From NCBI RefSeq assembly GCF_024521635.1, contig NW_026250403.1, positions 1,488,001 to 1,552,000 on the forward strand: DNA of 64,000 bases, in the 5' to 3' direction. Every line of letters starts with the position of its first letter. The stretch's first letter is position 1. Source of the stretch: Tricharina praecox (lineage: Eukaryota). Positions 52,284-64,000 of the stretch are shown one piece after another. A program made the position numbers and the translations under genes. The notes under the pieces were generated by a model. It was not told the origin of the DNA, did no database searches, and saw only the letters and a list, made by a program, of their open reading frames with translations.

Positions 52284-52745
52284 TATCCTGTATTGCACCG
52301 CGCACTGCACTACACTGCACTTGCAGTTGCTGGCGTTTTCAACTACTACATCTCGACTTGGGTCTGTTTGTTTCTTACTCTGGGCTACCCTGTATTATAG
52401 TTTTTTTTCTTGTTTCTACCTGGTCATGGCGTTGTGGATATGATTTTCTCTGCTTTTAATCTTCTAAGGCTTTGTGTTGAACGACTTTTCTCTAGATAGA
52501 AATCTAGCTTGCCGATTGCATTCTTTGAGCAACATCATCACTTACGAGGTACGGCCATACGATCTGCTTCCATCACTCGCACATTCCGTTCACACAAAAC
52601 AACAAGGTTAGGTCTCGACGGCCTTTGTCCCGCAAAACCCAACACCCACCAACACCACCACCACCACCCCAACTCTCCCTCCCTTCCCCAACTCACTTTT
52701 CATCACACCACATTCCTTTCCAACCTCAATTCACAGCAAACCAAA

Positions 52746-53310
52746 ATGCCGCCCCTCCTCCCCCCTAGCTCCCACCTCCACCCTCCGCCGCCAGCTCCGG
52801 GCGCAACTGGTCGACGCCAATCCCGCCATCCGCGCCACCGCCATGGACACCATCATATCCCTCCAGACTCCGCGGATCGAGACCTTCATGGCGCTCCCCG
52901 TGGTCCCTCCCACTCCATCCACGCGGCACAGACTGCACCGGTGCTAGCTCGCGCTGTCGAGAATGTACATTCCGGCTGTGAGGCTGTGGACGTGGATTTC
53001 CTGCTGGCGCGGGGCAGAAGAGAGGGAGAAGAGTATCAGAGGATTCGCCGAGTATCAGCGTGCGCTGGATGAGGCCAGTCGGAGAGCTCTGGAAATTGGC
53101 GACGAGGAGATCGTCATTGGCCGCTGGGAGCTGGTCGGTTGGGCGGTGGTGACGTGCGTGTTGGGCGTGTTTCATTTGCCGGGTTGGCTTCTTGGAAAGG
53201 TGAAGAGCTTGGTGAAGAAGATCAGGGGGAAAGAGGTGAAGAGGACGTTAGAGGAAGGGAGGGAGAGGGAGGGAGAGAAGGTGCGTTCATCGGATGGGAA
53301 AACGGTCTAG
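52746..53310 (+). CDS. Orphan small protein with a hydrophobic C-terminal segment; reading frame interrupted by TAG at 52945
   Basis: C/A-rich leader and AAAATG at 52746, a second ATG in ideal context at 52843, and the same C-rich to G-rich profile as neighbouring real genes. The coherent frame runs ...RLHRC*LALSRMYIPAVRLW... Confidence 0.5.
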
Positions 53311-53827
53311 GTTTGAACTAGAAGGTTACCTGCCTCTTGAGAGGTATTGCCAGCAGCAAGTTGTCAACGAACACGAATGTTTCTATTCGGAGACAGAGAT
53401 CATGGATATCAATGGTGCCGTCATTCAATGGATTGTTTGTAGAAATAATCATGTGCAGTCACTCACTTGACCTCAGAGATCCCTGTTGAGGATAATGTCT
53501 CTGTTTATTGATTCATTCGCAAAACACAGCGGATGACCAGCTAGACATACCAGACAGAAGGAGAAGCAAGTGTGAAATAACAGGATTCTCCAGGTGTGCA
53601 AATATTACCAATATGATAAATGTGCAATATCTTGAACGAGTGACGACGGTGGCTTTTCAACGAGAATCGCAACAATCCCTGTCCCTCCCGTGCAGCTAGC
53701 CACCATGCCACCACTAACTAGCGTCAAAGCACACGCGCATTCCACTAAAACTTTCTTCATCAAATTGCCCAGCTCCCCCAATCCTACCTTCGCACCCCAC
53801 CACCCACCCCACCACAACCACCCAACG

Positions 53828-54592
53828 ATGTCGTCAACCCTCCGCAACGCCGTGCAACGGCGTAACCACAAGGAGCGGTCGCAGCCCGCCGAGCGCGCGA
53901 AATACGGTCTCCTCGAGAAACGCAAAGACTACCAACTGCGTAGCCGCGACTTCAATGCGAAAAAAGCGAAAAAAGCCGCCCTCACCCGGCTGGCCAAGGA
54001 ACGCAATCCCGATGAATTCTACCACGCGATGACGAGCGCCCGGACGCGAGACGGCGGAGTCCGAGTCGCCGACAGGGATACGGCAAAGGTGTTGACGCCC
54101 GGGGAGGTCATGCTGCTGAAGACGCAGGATGCTGGGTACTTGCGCGTGCAGAGGGATAGGGAGAGGAGAGCCATTGAGAGCTTGGAGGGGAGGCTAGCGT
54201 TTGAGGCTGAGGGGAAGCACACGGTTTTTGTGGAGGAGGTGGAGCAGGCGAGGAAGTTCAAGCCCGAAGAGTTCTTTGGGACGCATGAGGACCTGGTGGA
54301 TAGGAGGTTTAATCGCCCGAGGATTGAGCAGTTGGCGGAGGGCGGGTTTGGGGAGGATGTGGTGAAGGGAGGGGAGGATCCGGAGGAGGCGGAGGCCAGG
54401 AGGAGGGCTGAGAAGAGGGAGAGGAGTAAGCTTGCGAAGGGACGGGAGCAGGCGTACAAGGAGCTGGAGGCGAGGATGAAAAGGGAGAAGGATTTGAAGA
54501 AGCTCGAGCGAGAGCAGGAGATGCAGAGGGCGAGGATGGTCAAGGGAGGAAACGCCACCATTAACAAGCACAACAAGGTCCGGAAACGGTAG
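53828..54592 (+). CDS. UTP11: U3 snoRNP protein Utp11
   Basis: MSSTLRNAVQRRNHKERSQP..R.KYGLLEKRKDY, ERNPDEFYHAM, LLKTQDAGY, RRFNRP and terminal RKR. Confidence 0.96.
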   Translation: MSSTLRNAVQRRNHKERSQPAERAKYGLLEKRKDYQLRSRDFNAKKAKKAALTRLAKERNPDEFYHAMTSARTRDGGVRVADRDTAKVLTPGEVMLLKTQDAGYLRVQRDRERRAIESLEGRLAFEAEGKHTVFVEEVEQARKFKPEEFFGTHEDLVDRRFNRPRIEQLAEGGFGEDVVKGGEDPEEAEARRRAEKRERSKLAKGREQAYKELEARMKREKDLKKLEREQEMQRARMVKGGNATINKHNKVRKR

Positions 54593-54919
54593 TGGTTATG
54601 ACCGTCTTGGGTGGCAGGCGTCTGGGGGTCAAAAGTGATTTTTCTTGAGCGATAAAGATTCTGTACGGTGACCCGGTCTGATAATGGAAGCTCATCTGAA
54701 AAAAGCAAACGCTGGTATGTCTTACAATACACAATGATTATAACTGAATTGAATCGAGAGGTAAGATACTATAGACACTGGAAGCCCTGACCAGCGGCGA
54801 TACAAAAAGAAAGAAACCCAATACACCATAGCCCATCCCGTTTGATTTGTCCCAAACACCTGAAGAAGAAAAGTAAGAAAACAGCAGTGAAATACACATG
54901 TGCGTTGAAGAGCAGCGCC

Positions 54920-56244
54920 TCAGATTATGACCTGCTTGGCCTGAGCCAGCGTGCTCTCCTTTGGACAATACGGGCACTTCAACGATGGAGCGCTCCCGCT
55001 CCTTGCCAATCGCTGCAACGACTCCAGTGCAATGACGTGGCCACAAGGAAGCATCATTGGAGGGTTTTCCTCCGTTGTCTGGTCCTTGGAAACAGGACAG
55101 ACGAAGATGGAATGGAAATGGTATGAGGGAGGCAAAGGGATCTCGACCTGTAATGATATTAGCAAAAGTGACAATGTCGACACACAAGAGCAACACGTAC
55201 AGGCAGCTCGTTCTGCGAGGTCCACTCGGTTTTCTTCTCCTTCATGATGCTCGTCATCTTGAGCAGCGTCGGAAGAGCAATTGCACCGGCTGTAGCCGCA
55301 AGATACAACGGCGACTGCGCCGACAATCCCAAAAGCGAACAAAACTCCTTGGTGAAGGAATGTGCCACATCTTCCCATGTCTTCTCTGGCTCCAGAAACG
55401 GCCTTCCATATGGCGACTGCTGCAAATTATCGGTGTACAGGAAGGCAGTCATCAGCATCTGCACCTCCTTGAGATGCTTATCTTGGAATCTCCCAAACTC
55501 CCTCCTAGCATACTCCATCGCATGTTTCCTCCCATCCATACCGTTAACGAACATCGCCACAAACTGTAACTTGCACAGATCAAACTCCAGGTTCGAACCG
55601 CGCTGTTCCAGCTGCCGAGCCTTCTGCCTAGCCCACGCTATGGCTGGATCCAGATCCCGTTGTTCCTTCATCGCCTTGAGGATCTGGTACATCTCAACGA
55701 ACTCGTCCTGTAGCTCGGGTGGGATGTCGAGGTCGCCGGCTTCTTGGACGAACTTGCTGGCTACGGTGAACTGTCCCTCGCGGATGAGGTGCATTGCGAT
55801 CGCCCGATTAATCAAGTGGCCTTCGTTCGATAGCGCATCATAGTCGGACGAGGAGAATGCAGATGCCGCTTTGAATTTCTCTAGAAGTGTCAGCACAAAG
55901 ACCAAGTACCTCACCCTCGACCCAGTCTATTGGCTATACTGACTTTATCGAGAGCTTTCCCGTACCGGTTCAGGGCCGTGTAGACTTCCTTATGATCGCC
56001 GCCGACCTTCTCAAGCTGCGAATTCACAGATTGTTGTAGCCGTGCCAACGTCATTCCACGTGAAGACGGTTCTAAACAGCTGTCAGACACCCCCCTTCCC
56101 GCCTGCAGACAATAGATCCGAACCTTGGGCAATCTGGTTCCGCGCATTTTCGAGAAGCGCGATGCACTTATCGATATCGGTGACTGCCTTCGACAGGTTA
56201 GACTTATTGTTCAGCCGGTCGAATTCCGCCTGGATTGCATCCAT
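54920..56244 (-). CDS. RMD5: GID/CTLH complex RING subunit Rmd5/Gid2
   Basis: LisH ([15 protein letters not shown]), [37 protein letters not shown] and KCPYCP. Three introns. Confidence 0.93.
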
Positions 56245-56583
56245 TTTGATGGTAGTTATGCAGGTAGAGTAAAGTAATTGCTGTAATAAGTTGTCGTCGC
56301 GCTCCGCTTTGTTGCGTGTGTGTGTGGTGTGTGTGTGCAAGAGTGTGGGGTAAAGGGAGGATCCTCTCTCTGTCTCACTCTCTTGCTCTTCAGCTCTTGC
56401 TTTCCCGAGCTCGGGAGTGAATGGCTGGGCTCTGGGCTGTTGCTATGTGGATCATCGATCGCATCATGTGCGGCCACCCCACTTCCGCCGGGTAAACTTC
56501 GCCCAAAGCGAAACCCCCGATGGGGGAAGGGTGCGAAACGCGCGAAATTTCCGCCACACTTGAACAATCCCACCACCATCAAA

Positions 56584-57217
56584 ATGCCGATCAAGCTTCA
56601 CCGCGATCAATTCCGCTGGACCAACGGTCGCGGTCATGACCAGAAGCCAGTACTGTACTCTCAGAAGGCGAATCAGCACGGTCTCGGTACTTCGCTCCCT
56701 CCTTAGCAACATGCGTTTGTTCTTCCGCTGACACTGAGCAGGAAAGAAAGAACACAACGCCGACGACTGGTGGGCTAAGGCCTTCGACAACCAACTCAAG
56801 TCCCTCGATGTGTGCAACTCCTCTACTGGTGAGGTCACCGTCAAACAAACGAAGATGACCGCTACCCCGATCGGAATGCACATTGCGAACCGGTATTATA
56901 TCAAATTTGTGCCTGGAGGGGTTCTGAAGGGGGACGTCGAGACTGCACAGGAGGAGGCTGCTGCTGCGGCGGCGGTGGTGGCGGAAGAGAAGAGGGCTCA
57001 AGAGAAAAAGGACAAGAAGGCGCGGAAAGAAAAGAAGGATAAGAAGAGCTCACGCAGCTCACGGGAGAGCACGGCGGATGGTGGGAGGCGCAAGGAGAAG
57101 AAGCAAAAGAAATCCAAGGTCGACGAGACGAGGGATGAGCGCAAGGAAAAGCGGCGATTAAAGCGGTTGTTGGAGAAGGAGATGGCATTGCTTCAGATGA
57201 CAGCGACGGAAGCGTAA
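56584..57217 (+). CDS. TMA23: Tma23-like nucleolar protein (G-patch related)
   Basis: KPVL...HGLG, then intron, then KKEHNADDWWAKAFDNQLKSLDV, FVPGGVLKG and a Lys-rich tail. Confidence 0.7.
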
Positions 57218-58371
57218 CGTTGACTAGATCTTATTTTCTACGGAGTTTGGGGCGTTTACAAAAGTGGGATTCTGTACATACACGGGCGCACGCTACATTC
57301 GCTCAAGGTGGTTGACGGCGGTCTTAATATAGGGTGGAGACGAATGGCTTGACTACTTGGATGGCCTATTGAGATTCCACCTGTCGTGTAGTGGACTGTC
57401 TTCGTGTTGTCGGCGAGCCCATTAATTAGTCACGAGTCATGACTCGTCGGCAGACTGAGTGATCGCAACTCAATTCCGGACTGCATAAGATGATGATTGA
57501 CCTTCCTACGGCGGGGTGAGTAGACATGATACCTGGCTGACTGTGAATATATCCACCACAAGGATACTGTTGGATGGGGGCTGATGGTCTCGAGTCGGAG
57601 TGAATCGATCCCGAGAATTCTAACTGCCCAGCACCCAAATGCAAGACATTCTTGCTACAAACGTCCGTTCGAAATCCATCTCCTTCCGCATCAGTACTTA
57701 AACCCTTTTGTAAGCAACCGGTCATTCCCACTCGCTCGCGCGAACCAATCCTTTGCCTCGTCAATCCGTAATCTCGATCGCCGCAGTCCAGATATATGCG
57801 GTAATAAATTGATGTTCTCTCTCTTGATCCGTAATATCCACTTACGTACATCCCACATCGCGCCCTCCGCCAACAGGAGTGGACGGTGGGGAGGAACCGG
57901 AATATAACTACTATGATCTACTAAGGTCGAATGCCCTGATGATAGAACAAAAAACAAAAAACATCCATTTGCATTTGATTCCTTTGGGCTTCCCTAGTTA
58001 TCCCGCATTGCTCAGCCTCAAGGAGGAAGCGGAAATAGAGCTGAACGTTGGTGCGTCCCGAATCTCACATATTATCCATGGGTTTCATGATACACGGGCT
58101 ATGCATGGCAGATCGGTGCCGAGAAAGCCGTCTATAGAACGTGATTAGAGTAAAAGCATAACAGCTGTGTAAAAATGGTGTTGGATCATGATCATCAGTG
58201 TATGTTAAGTAGAGTAGTATACAAGAAATGAAAAAGGACAGGGGATGATGCCCCAGAATCAAGCAAGTCTCCGTTTCGCCGTCTCTCTCCGCCGTCTCCT
58301 CCGTAGTTTTTATACAATCCCAGCTCCCAACTCCTCTGTCTATACTCAATTCACCCTCCCTCTCCTCCGGC

Positions 58372-58840
58372 TTATGGTGGTGCTGAAGCCGCTGCTTCCC
58401 CCTGCTTAGCTTTCCCCGCCGCCCTCTTCGCCTCGGCCTCTAACCGCTCTCTTGCTCGATAAATTTTCGACTGCAGGTAGAAACTTCCGCCCTTCTTCGG
58501 ATCATTTCGCTCGAACAGGATCTTGTAGCGCTCGGCAACAGCCTCCATTGACGGACCCTCGGCGGCGGGCTTGACACTCAAAATCTTATACGCCTCGTCG
58601 ACGGTAAGCCCCCCACGACCTCCCAACGCTGCGCTGCCATTGCCCGAGACCTGTCCGTTCTGAGCTGCCTTTGCGTACTTTGCCGAGGCTTGCGCTTGCC
58701 GATAGGCTTCGACAAAGGCACGGCCGACCACTCGGCTGCCGACGAGCACGATCTGGGTTAATATTCGGTGTGCCTGTGGAACTGGGTTAGAGTGGCCAGT
58801 TTGCCGGTGGCGGGGTGTCGTGTGTGGGGTTACTGACCAT
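58372..58840 (-). CDS. PAM16: Mitochondrial import motor subunit Pam16/Tim16
   Basis: ATG-only first exon, intron, then AHRILTQIVLVGSRVVGRAF...LTVDEAYKIL...NDPKKGGSFYLQSKIYRARERL. Confidence 0.95.
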
Positions 58841-59321
58841 TGCTGTGTGTTGACGTTGTCGCGGTAACGAGTCTGTGGACGTCGACAGAGAGAGAGCGTG
58901 TTCTGTGCTCGTCGTGCGCGGGAACGAGAGACTGTAGGGGTGGTCTGCGTGGCGGTGGATGAGGTAGTTGCAGTGGTTGGTGAGCTCTCCGTGCTTCCGT
59001 AGGTTGTTCCGAAAGTCCTTCCAAAATTTCTGCCGAGCCACAAACAACCCTTCACCCTTGCCGCCAATCAACCTTTTTGACGTCTGCGAAGGAAGAGTTG
59101 CCGCCTAATATGGAGTAGTTAGCCTAAGCCTCTCTTGGCTCCGCCTCAATAGCTACTAACACCGCGAGAGAGAACGGAAGGGAAGGAAGCCTCTTGACTT
59201 GTCTGGGCTGAAAGCTGAACCGTCTCGCATCATCACCTCGCGGTCAGATAAAGAGGCCTGCCCCACTATTGTCCACCCTCAAAAAACGGGATTCGCCAAA
59301 CATTCTCCCAGAACCTCAACC

Positions 59322-61131
59322 ATGTCCGTGAGAATCGAGCTCGACAATCCCAGCGGCACCGGCCATGTGTTTACCTGTCTAGACTATGTGTCGGGGAAGG
59401 TACCTAGTCTACCTTGCCTTACTTCCTCACGACGCAACATGGAGTGCTGACGATGGTGATGATTGCAAAAGGTCGTTCTGAGCATCCCTTCCGAGGAAAC
59501 AATCTCTTCGGTTACCATCAAACTGGAGGGAGTATCCCGGACCCGGCTAGAACCTCCGCGTTTGGAGACTCCGGGGGAGAGAGCTCGGGACAAACGGCGG
59601 GCTGAAGTCGAGATCCATAAGGTATAGCAAGCATCACCCGTGCGGGGCTGGCGGGGGTGCAGCGTTCACTGATGCAAAAAGCAAATAGTTCCTCTACATC
59701 GTTGACACCGTCTTCCCCGCCGCCGCCATCTACGCCGCCGCCAAGGATAACACCACGGGCTTCACGTTGAAAGCAGGACAATACTCATACCCGTTCAGAA
59801 TCCGTATACCGATCAACTCGGCGTGTACCGACACCTCCGGAGGTTTGCTGCAAAAAGTGAGCTTCGATATTTCGAATAGGACCGTAGACTATGCGAAGCA
59901 CTCGACGCGACATGTCAAGGGGACTCTACCACCGAGCTTGAGCGGTATTACTGGGGACATCGCATGGATCAAGTACTTCCTGAAAGCGACGGTCAACAGA
60001 CCTGCGTTCTACAAGACCAACCTGCGTCAGTACGATCCATTCGTCTTCCTACCTATCGAGCCTCCTCGTCCGCCGCCAACAGGCGCGGAAGCTTTCGCCC
60101 GGAGAAAGCACGAATTCATCCCCGCAGATCCTCTATCAGCGACCAAGAAGCCCGGCGGTATATTCTCCTCCTTCCGCAAGCCCGAACATGCCGCTGTCGG
60201 CCCACCAGTCCCGGTCCGCTTCACGGTGGAAGCCCGCCTTCCCTCCCCACCGATCCTAGTCCCTAACGAGCCCATCCCCCTTCGCATCCTTCTCACCAAG
60301 CTCGATGACTTCCGTGATGTCGTCGTGATCCGCTCCCTTCAAATCATGCTCCTCGCGACCACCCACATATCCGCGCATGAGTTGGTGAAGGACGAATTTA
60401 CGGAGCTCTGCCTCCTCAGCGTAGCAGACCTCCGGATACAGCTCGGCGACACAAACTCGCCGCCGAATGTCCCGCTCGAGGTAGACGCCTCCATGTGGCG
60501 CGGAAAGTATCTACCTGAAACGCTGCCGCCCACTTTCACCACCTGCAACATCAGCCGTGCCTACCAATTGAAAATTGAGATTGGACTGAGTCGGCCGGAT
60601 GAACACCACGTCGATGTAAGCTCCCCGTGTACTCGTCCCGAGAACCCCACTAATAACTAGTAGATACTTCCCCTCCTCTTTCCAGTTCAAATCTACTCCG
60701 GTATTAAGCCTCCCGCGCAACTCATAGCCTCGGCGGCGCCTCGAGTGCCCCTTCAATCCGCCCCACCCCGACACCCCTCGTTTCCCAACGAAAAAGCACA
60801 AGCGCAGGCCTACGGTAGCAATCTTAAAGTCCCGCTCGCCCTTCCGACCGGCGGAAAAACCGGCTCCTTTTCGGCCAACACCTCACCGGTATCGAGTCCT
60901 GTCACACCATACGCTCCGCCACTGCCAATGCGTCCACACTCTAGTGCTGGTCCTGCCACTGTTCACCAGATCCCGAACGATTACAATGAGTTTGCTGATG
61001 ATTCCGTCCCGCCGCCGACGTATGAAGACGCTATTGCGGACGATATTGCGCCGGTTGATGGGCCGAGACGCAGGTACCAGCAGGAAGGCGCGTATTATCA
61101 GCCGCTGCCGGACGATGTTAGAGATCATTGA
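59322..61131 (+). CDS. Arrestin-domain protein (alpha-arrestin-like) with C-terminal PPTY motif
   Basis: MSVRIELD, ITVKLEG-like (VTIKLEGVSRTRL), YSYPFRIRIP, LPPSL, IKYFLKATVNRP, LPPTFTTCNISRAY and PPPTYEDA. Three introns. Confidence 0.88.
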
Positions 61132-63067
61132 TGCGTGGAGAAGGGATGGGCATTGTGATTTAGTTGAGATTGTGAGGAGGGGACATCGTAATGGCGGTGG
61201 TGTGTACCTACCTACACAATGTGCTCTGGTTGACCATTTTTACCGCGACGTTGAAGGTTTTGACTTTCATCACTCGATTTCTTGCTTGCTTTTACAGTTT
61301 AAACTAGTATATAATTCATGCTTCAATCATATTCGTAACTTCAAACAGACCAGCACATAACACCAACTTACCTCTAGTACACTCCGAATAACTGACCGAC
61401 CATCGATTGTTTCAGTCGTTTAAAGACGACAGAGGATTCGGGGGAGCCCCCATAGTTGTTGATAGAGGTAGATCTCGATGGCGGGCTGATCTCGTTCGCA
61501 ACATAGGTGTATCTACAGGCCCGTCCCACAGCTGTGCTAGAAGTGAGGCGACTGAGGGGAATAGCTGCTGATGATTCAATTTACCTCGGAACTTGCTGAT
61601 CGCAGAGCTGAATCAAGTTTGACCGGACGAGAAAAGAAAGTGGTGCCATACTCGCCAATGTACATAACAGTCATCATCACATAGTGTTTGCGCCCGTAGT
61701 CTCGAGGTTGAGCTCGAGCTTGTGGAATTAAGAGGGTAGCTTCGACCTCGTTACTCTATAGCGGTCTGGCCGTAGCGTCTGGAGGCTGCCATTTCATGAT
61801 TCATCACTTTCTTCGGCTTTCGTAATCAAATCTTTGGTTGGCGAGCCCGACGCTTTCCGAGTTGGTGGTGTTAATGACGACCATACTCCTTCCACTCGTG
61901 GCGATTTGGCCGTAACGGTGTAGATAGGAATTGTGACAACAGGAGGAGGTGCTAGTCGGCCGATTTATTCGCGTTTCGGTGTCTAAGGTGTAATTATGCT
62001 TCCTCGCATACACGGAGTCGACAGTGTGAATGACACTGTCAAGCCCAATCTTGAAACTCGTTTCATGTTCGAGGTTCAATGGAATCTCAGAGCGCTTGAT
62101 AATGTTCATGAATGACACCAACCACGATTTGGAATTATACGGTGCAGCATTGCTAAGGCCAATTGAGTAATGTTTCTCCCTTGGAAGAACCCATTCACCC
62201 TGGACCTTATCACTTGTATTTTCTTGAGAACGGGGGATGGTTGGAGGCGCGATCATATTATATCACTCGCGCCGACCGCTGTATACATCAGTGTTTGACG
62301 CCCTCAAGATTTTTTTTTGAAATTAACGGAAATGGTCAAATGCAATGAGAGAAATATAAAAAGGAGTATACTCAAGCCGACCGGAAATGGGGGGATGAGG
62401 CTCTCTAAACGAGCTAAGCCCCGCCTAGGCAGCCCTCAAACGAAGATGAGATGTGGACTGGTCATCTCCGGTCTCGTGATCGGAAACGGTCGATTACAGA
62501 ATGACACTTCCTCAAGCTCTCTGCGATCGGCCGAATAATAGCGTTCAATCGCTTTCCGCTTGTGGCATTTGTCCCGGTCGTTTATGAGCTTCAGTCACAT
62601 CGGGTTGCGCTGATTTGTTGCTGAGAAAATGCTGCCTATCGATTGGCGCTGATTCTCCCGCCTTATTTTAGGTGTTAATGCAGTACGTCATGACAATCCC
62701 GCCTTGTGCATCTGTGTGCCGGCCGGAAACAGAACACAGCTGTCTTTGGTAATGAAACTCCACCTCCACCGCAGGGCGAAGATCCGCTATATCCGAAGAT
62801 GACATAATTGTGCACAGAGAGAGGGAGAGAGATACAGAAGAGGGTGCCAATCCAAATGCATGAGAACCGAAACCGAAACATAAGCAAACACAACCTCGAC
62901 AACATATCATATATCATCAACCCCGCTCCGACTAATTGCTTTGCATGCTTCGTTGCCGCCTTCTCCTCTCTCCTCTCCAACGTGTTACTGTTCCTCTATC
63001 ACACACGCGTCCTACACATTTCCCGAACTATAGCTACATCTCGAGAAGCTTCAATACGACCCCAAAC

Positions 63068-64000
63068 ATGACGGCTACAATCCAACAGAAGGAGTACAAG
63101 CTCAAGCTCGACGACTTCGACCTCAAGAACGGCGACAAAGTCGAGGCCGAGATCGACGGGCTCGAGGGCGCCAAGGTGCTGTTGCTGAAAGCTAATGGCC
63201 AGTTGAGAGCTCTCGGGCCGAGGTGCACTCACTACGGTATGTGAATCCCAATTGTGTGGAAGCTGTAAGACGTGCTGAGATGTTACCTGTAGGTGCGCCT
63301 CTGGTCAAGGGCGTGGTTTCCGATGACGGCCGCATCACCTGTCCCTGGCACGGCGCCTGCTTCGATACCACCAACGGCTTCGTCGAGAACGCTCCGGCAC
63401 TGGACCATCTCACTTCATACCATGTCACGGTGCGTGACGGTGCCGTGTACGTTCGCGGCGACGAGGAAACTTTTAAGGCCGGCAGACGGGTCCCCAACAT
63501 CGCTTGCTCTCCGCGTGCGAACGAGAAGGTCTTGATTGTTGGAGGAGGATCAGGAGCTATGGGCGCCATCGAGGGAATCCGTGAGAAGGGATACACAGGC
63601 CAGGTTACAGTGCTTTCGAAAGAGGCGTATCTGCCGATTGACCGTACGAAGCTCTCAAAGGCTTTGATTCAAGATGTCGCAAAGGTCCAGTGGAGGGACG
63701 CGGAGTTCTACAAGGCGGCTGGAATTGACTTTCATTTAGAGAAAGAGGTCGAGTCAGTTGACTTTGCAGGACATAAGCTGAAGACTAAGGATGGAGAGGA
63801 GTTTGAGTACAACAAGGTCATCTTCGCTACCGGAGGCACCCCGAAACGGCTACCGATGGAGGGGTTCAAAACGCTAGGCAATGTGTTCGTTCTCAGGGGC
63901 ATTAATGATGTGGAGAGGATTTTGAAAGCGGCCGGCGACCACAAGAAGAAGATTGTCGTAATTGGTGAGTGCGGCCCAAAGAGAGCTAGACAAGCAGGAA
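63068..64000 (+). CDS. AIF-like Rieske [2Fe-2S] / pyridine nucleotide-disulfide oxidoreductase, 5' part, truncated by window end
   Basis: CTHY-GAPL..G....G.I.CPWHGACF (Rieske), VLIVGGGSGA, PIDRTKLSK and FATGG.P. Confidence 0.92.

Noticed and set aside
57490-57584. Possible C/D box snoRNA (ATGATGA at 57490, CTGA at 57537 and 57581)
   Set aside because: No convincing terminal stem, and I could not match a guide to rRNA. The boxes are short enough to occur by chance.
1-64000. tRNA, rRNA or snRNA genes
   Set aside because: GGTTCGA-like words were found but without cloverleaf context, and no rRNA/snRNA signature was recognised by eye.

Overview
Gene-dense, intron-containing genomic DNA of a filamentous ascomycete (short GT-AG introns with CTRAC branch points; the taxon cannot be fixed from this sequence). 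About 20 protein-coding genes can be modelled by hand. In order: the 3' end of a glycerol-3-P/DHAP acyltransferase ending in a PTS1, an Amt/MEP ammonium transporter, a secreted Thr/Ala-rich protein, an MFS transporter, DBP3, a MIT-domain protein, a MUP1-like permease, MED8, an ArAE/FUSC-like membrane protein, a sugar porter, a DUF6601-like 2-TM protein, an alpha/beta-hydrolase-NB-ARC-TPR NLR, HFI1/ADA1, an orphan gene, UTP11, RMD5, TMA23, PAM16, an arrestin, and the 5' end of an AIF-like Rieske oxidoreductase. Three things stand out. (1) An accessory head-to-head pair of a DUF6601-like membrane protein and an NLR whose hydrolase domain is intact but whose P-loop and TPR parts carry lesions. 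(2) An orphan gene broken by one in-frame TAG, a candidate for A-to-I stop-codon correction. (3) A nest of four distinct TIR-bounded non-autonomous transposons in the 12.2-17 kb intergenic region. Family assignments come from motif recognition by eye, not from database searches, and splice coordinates are manual.
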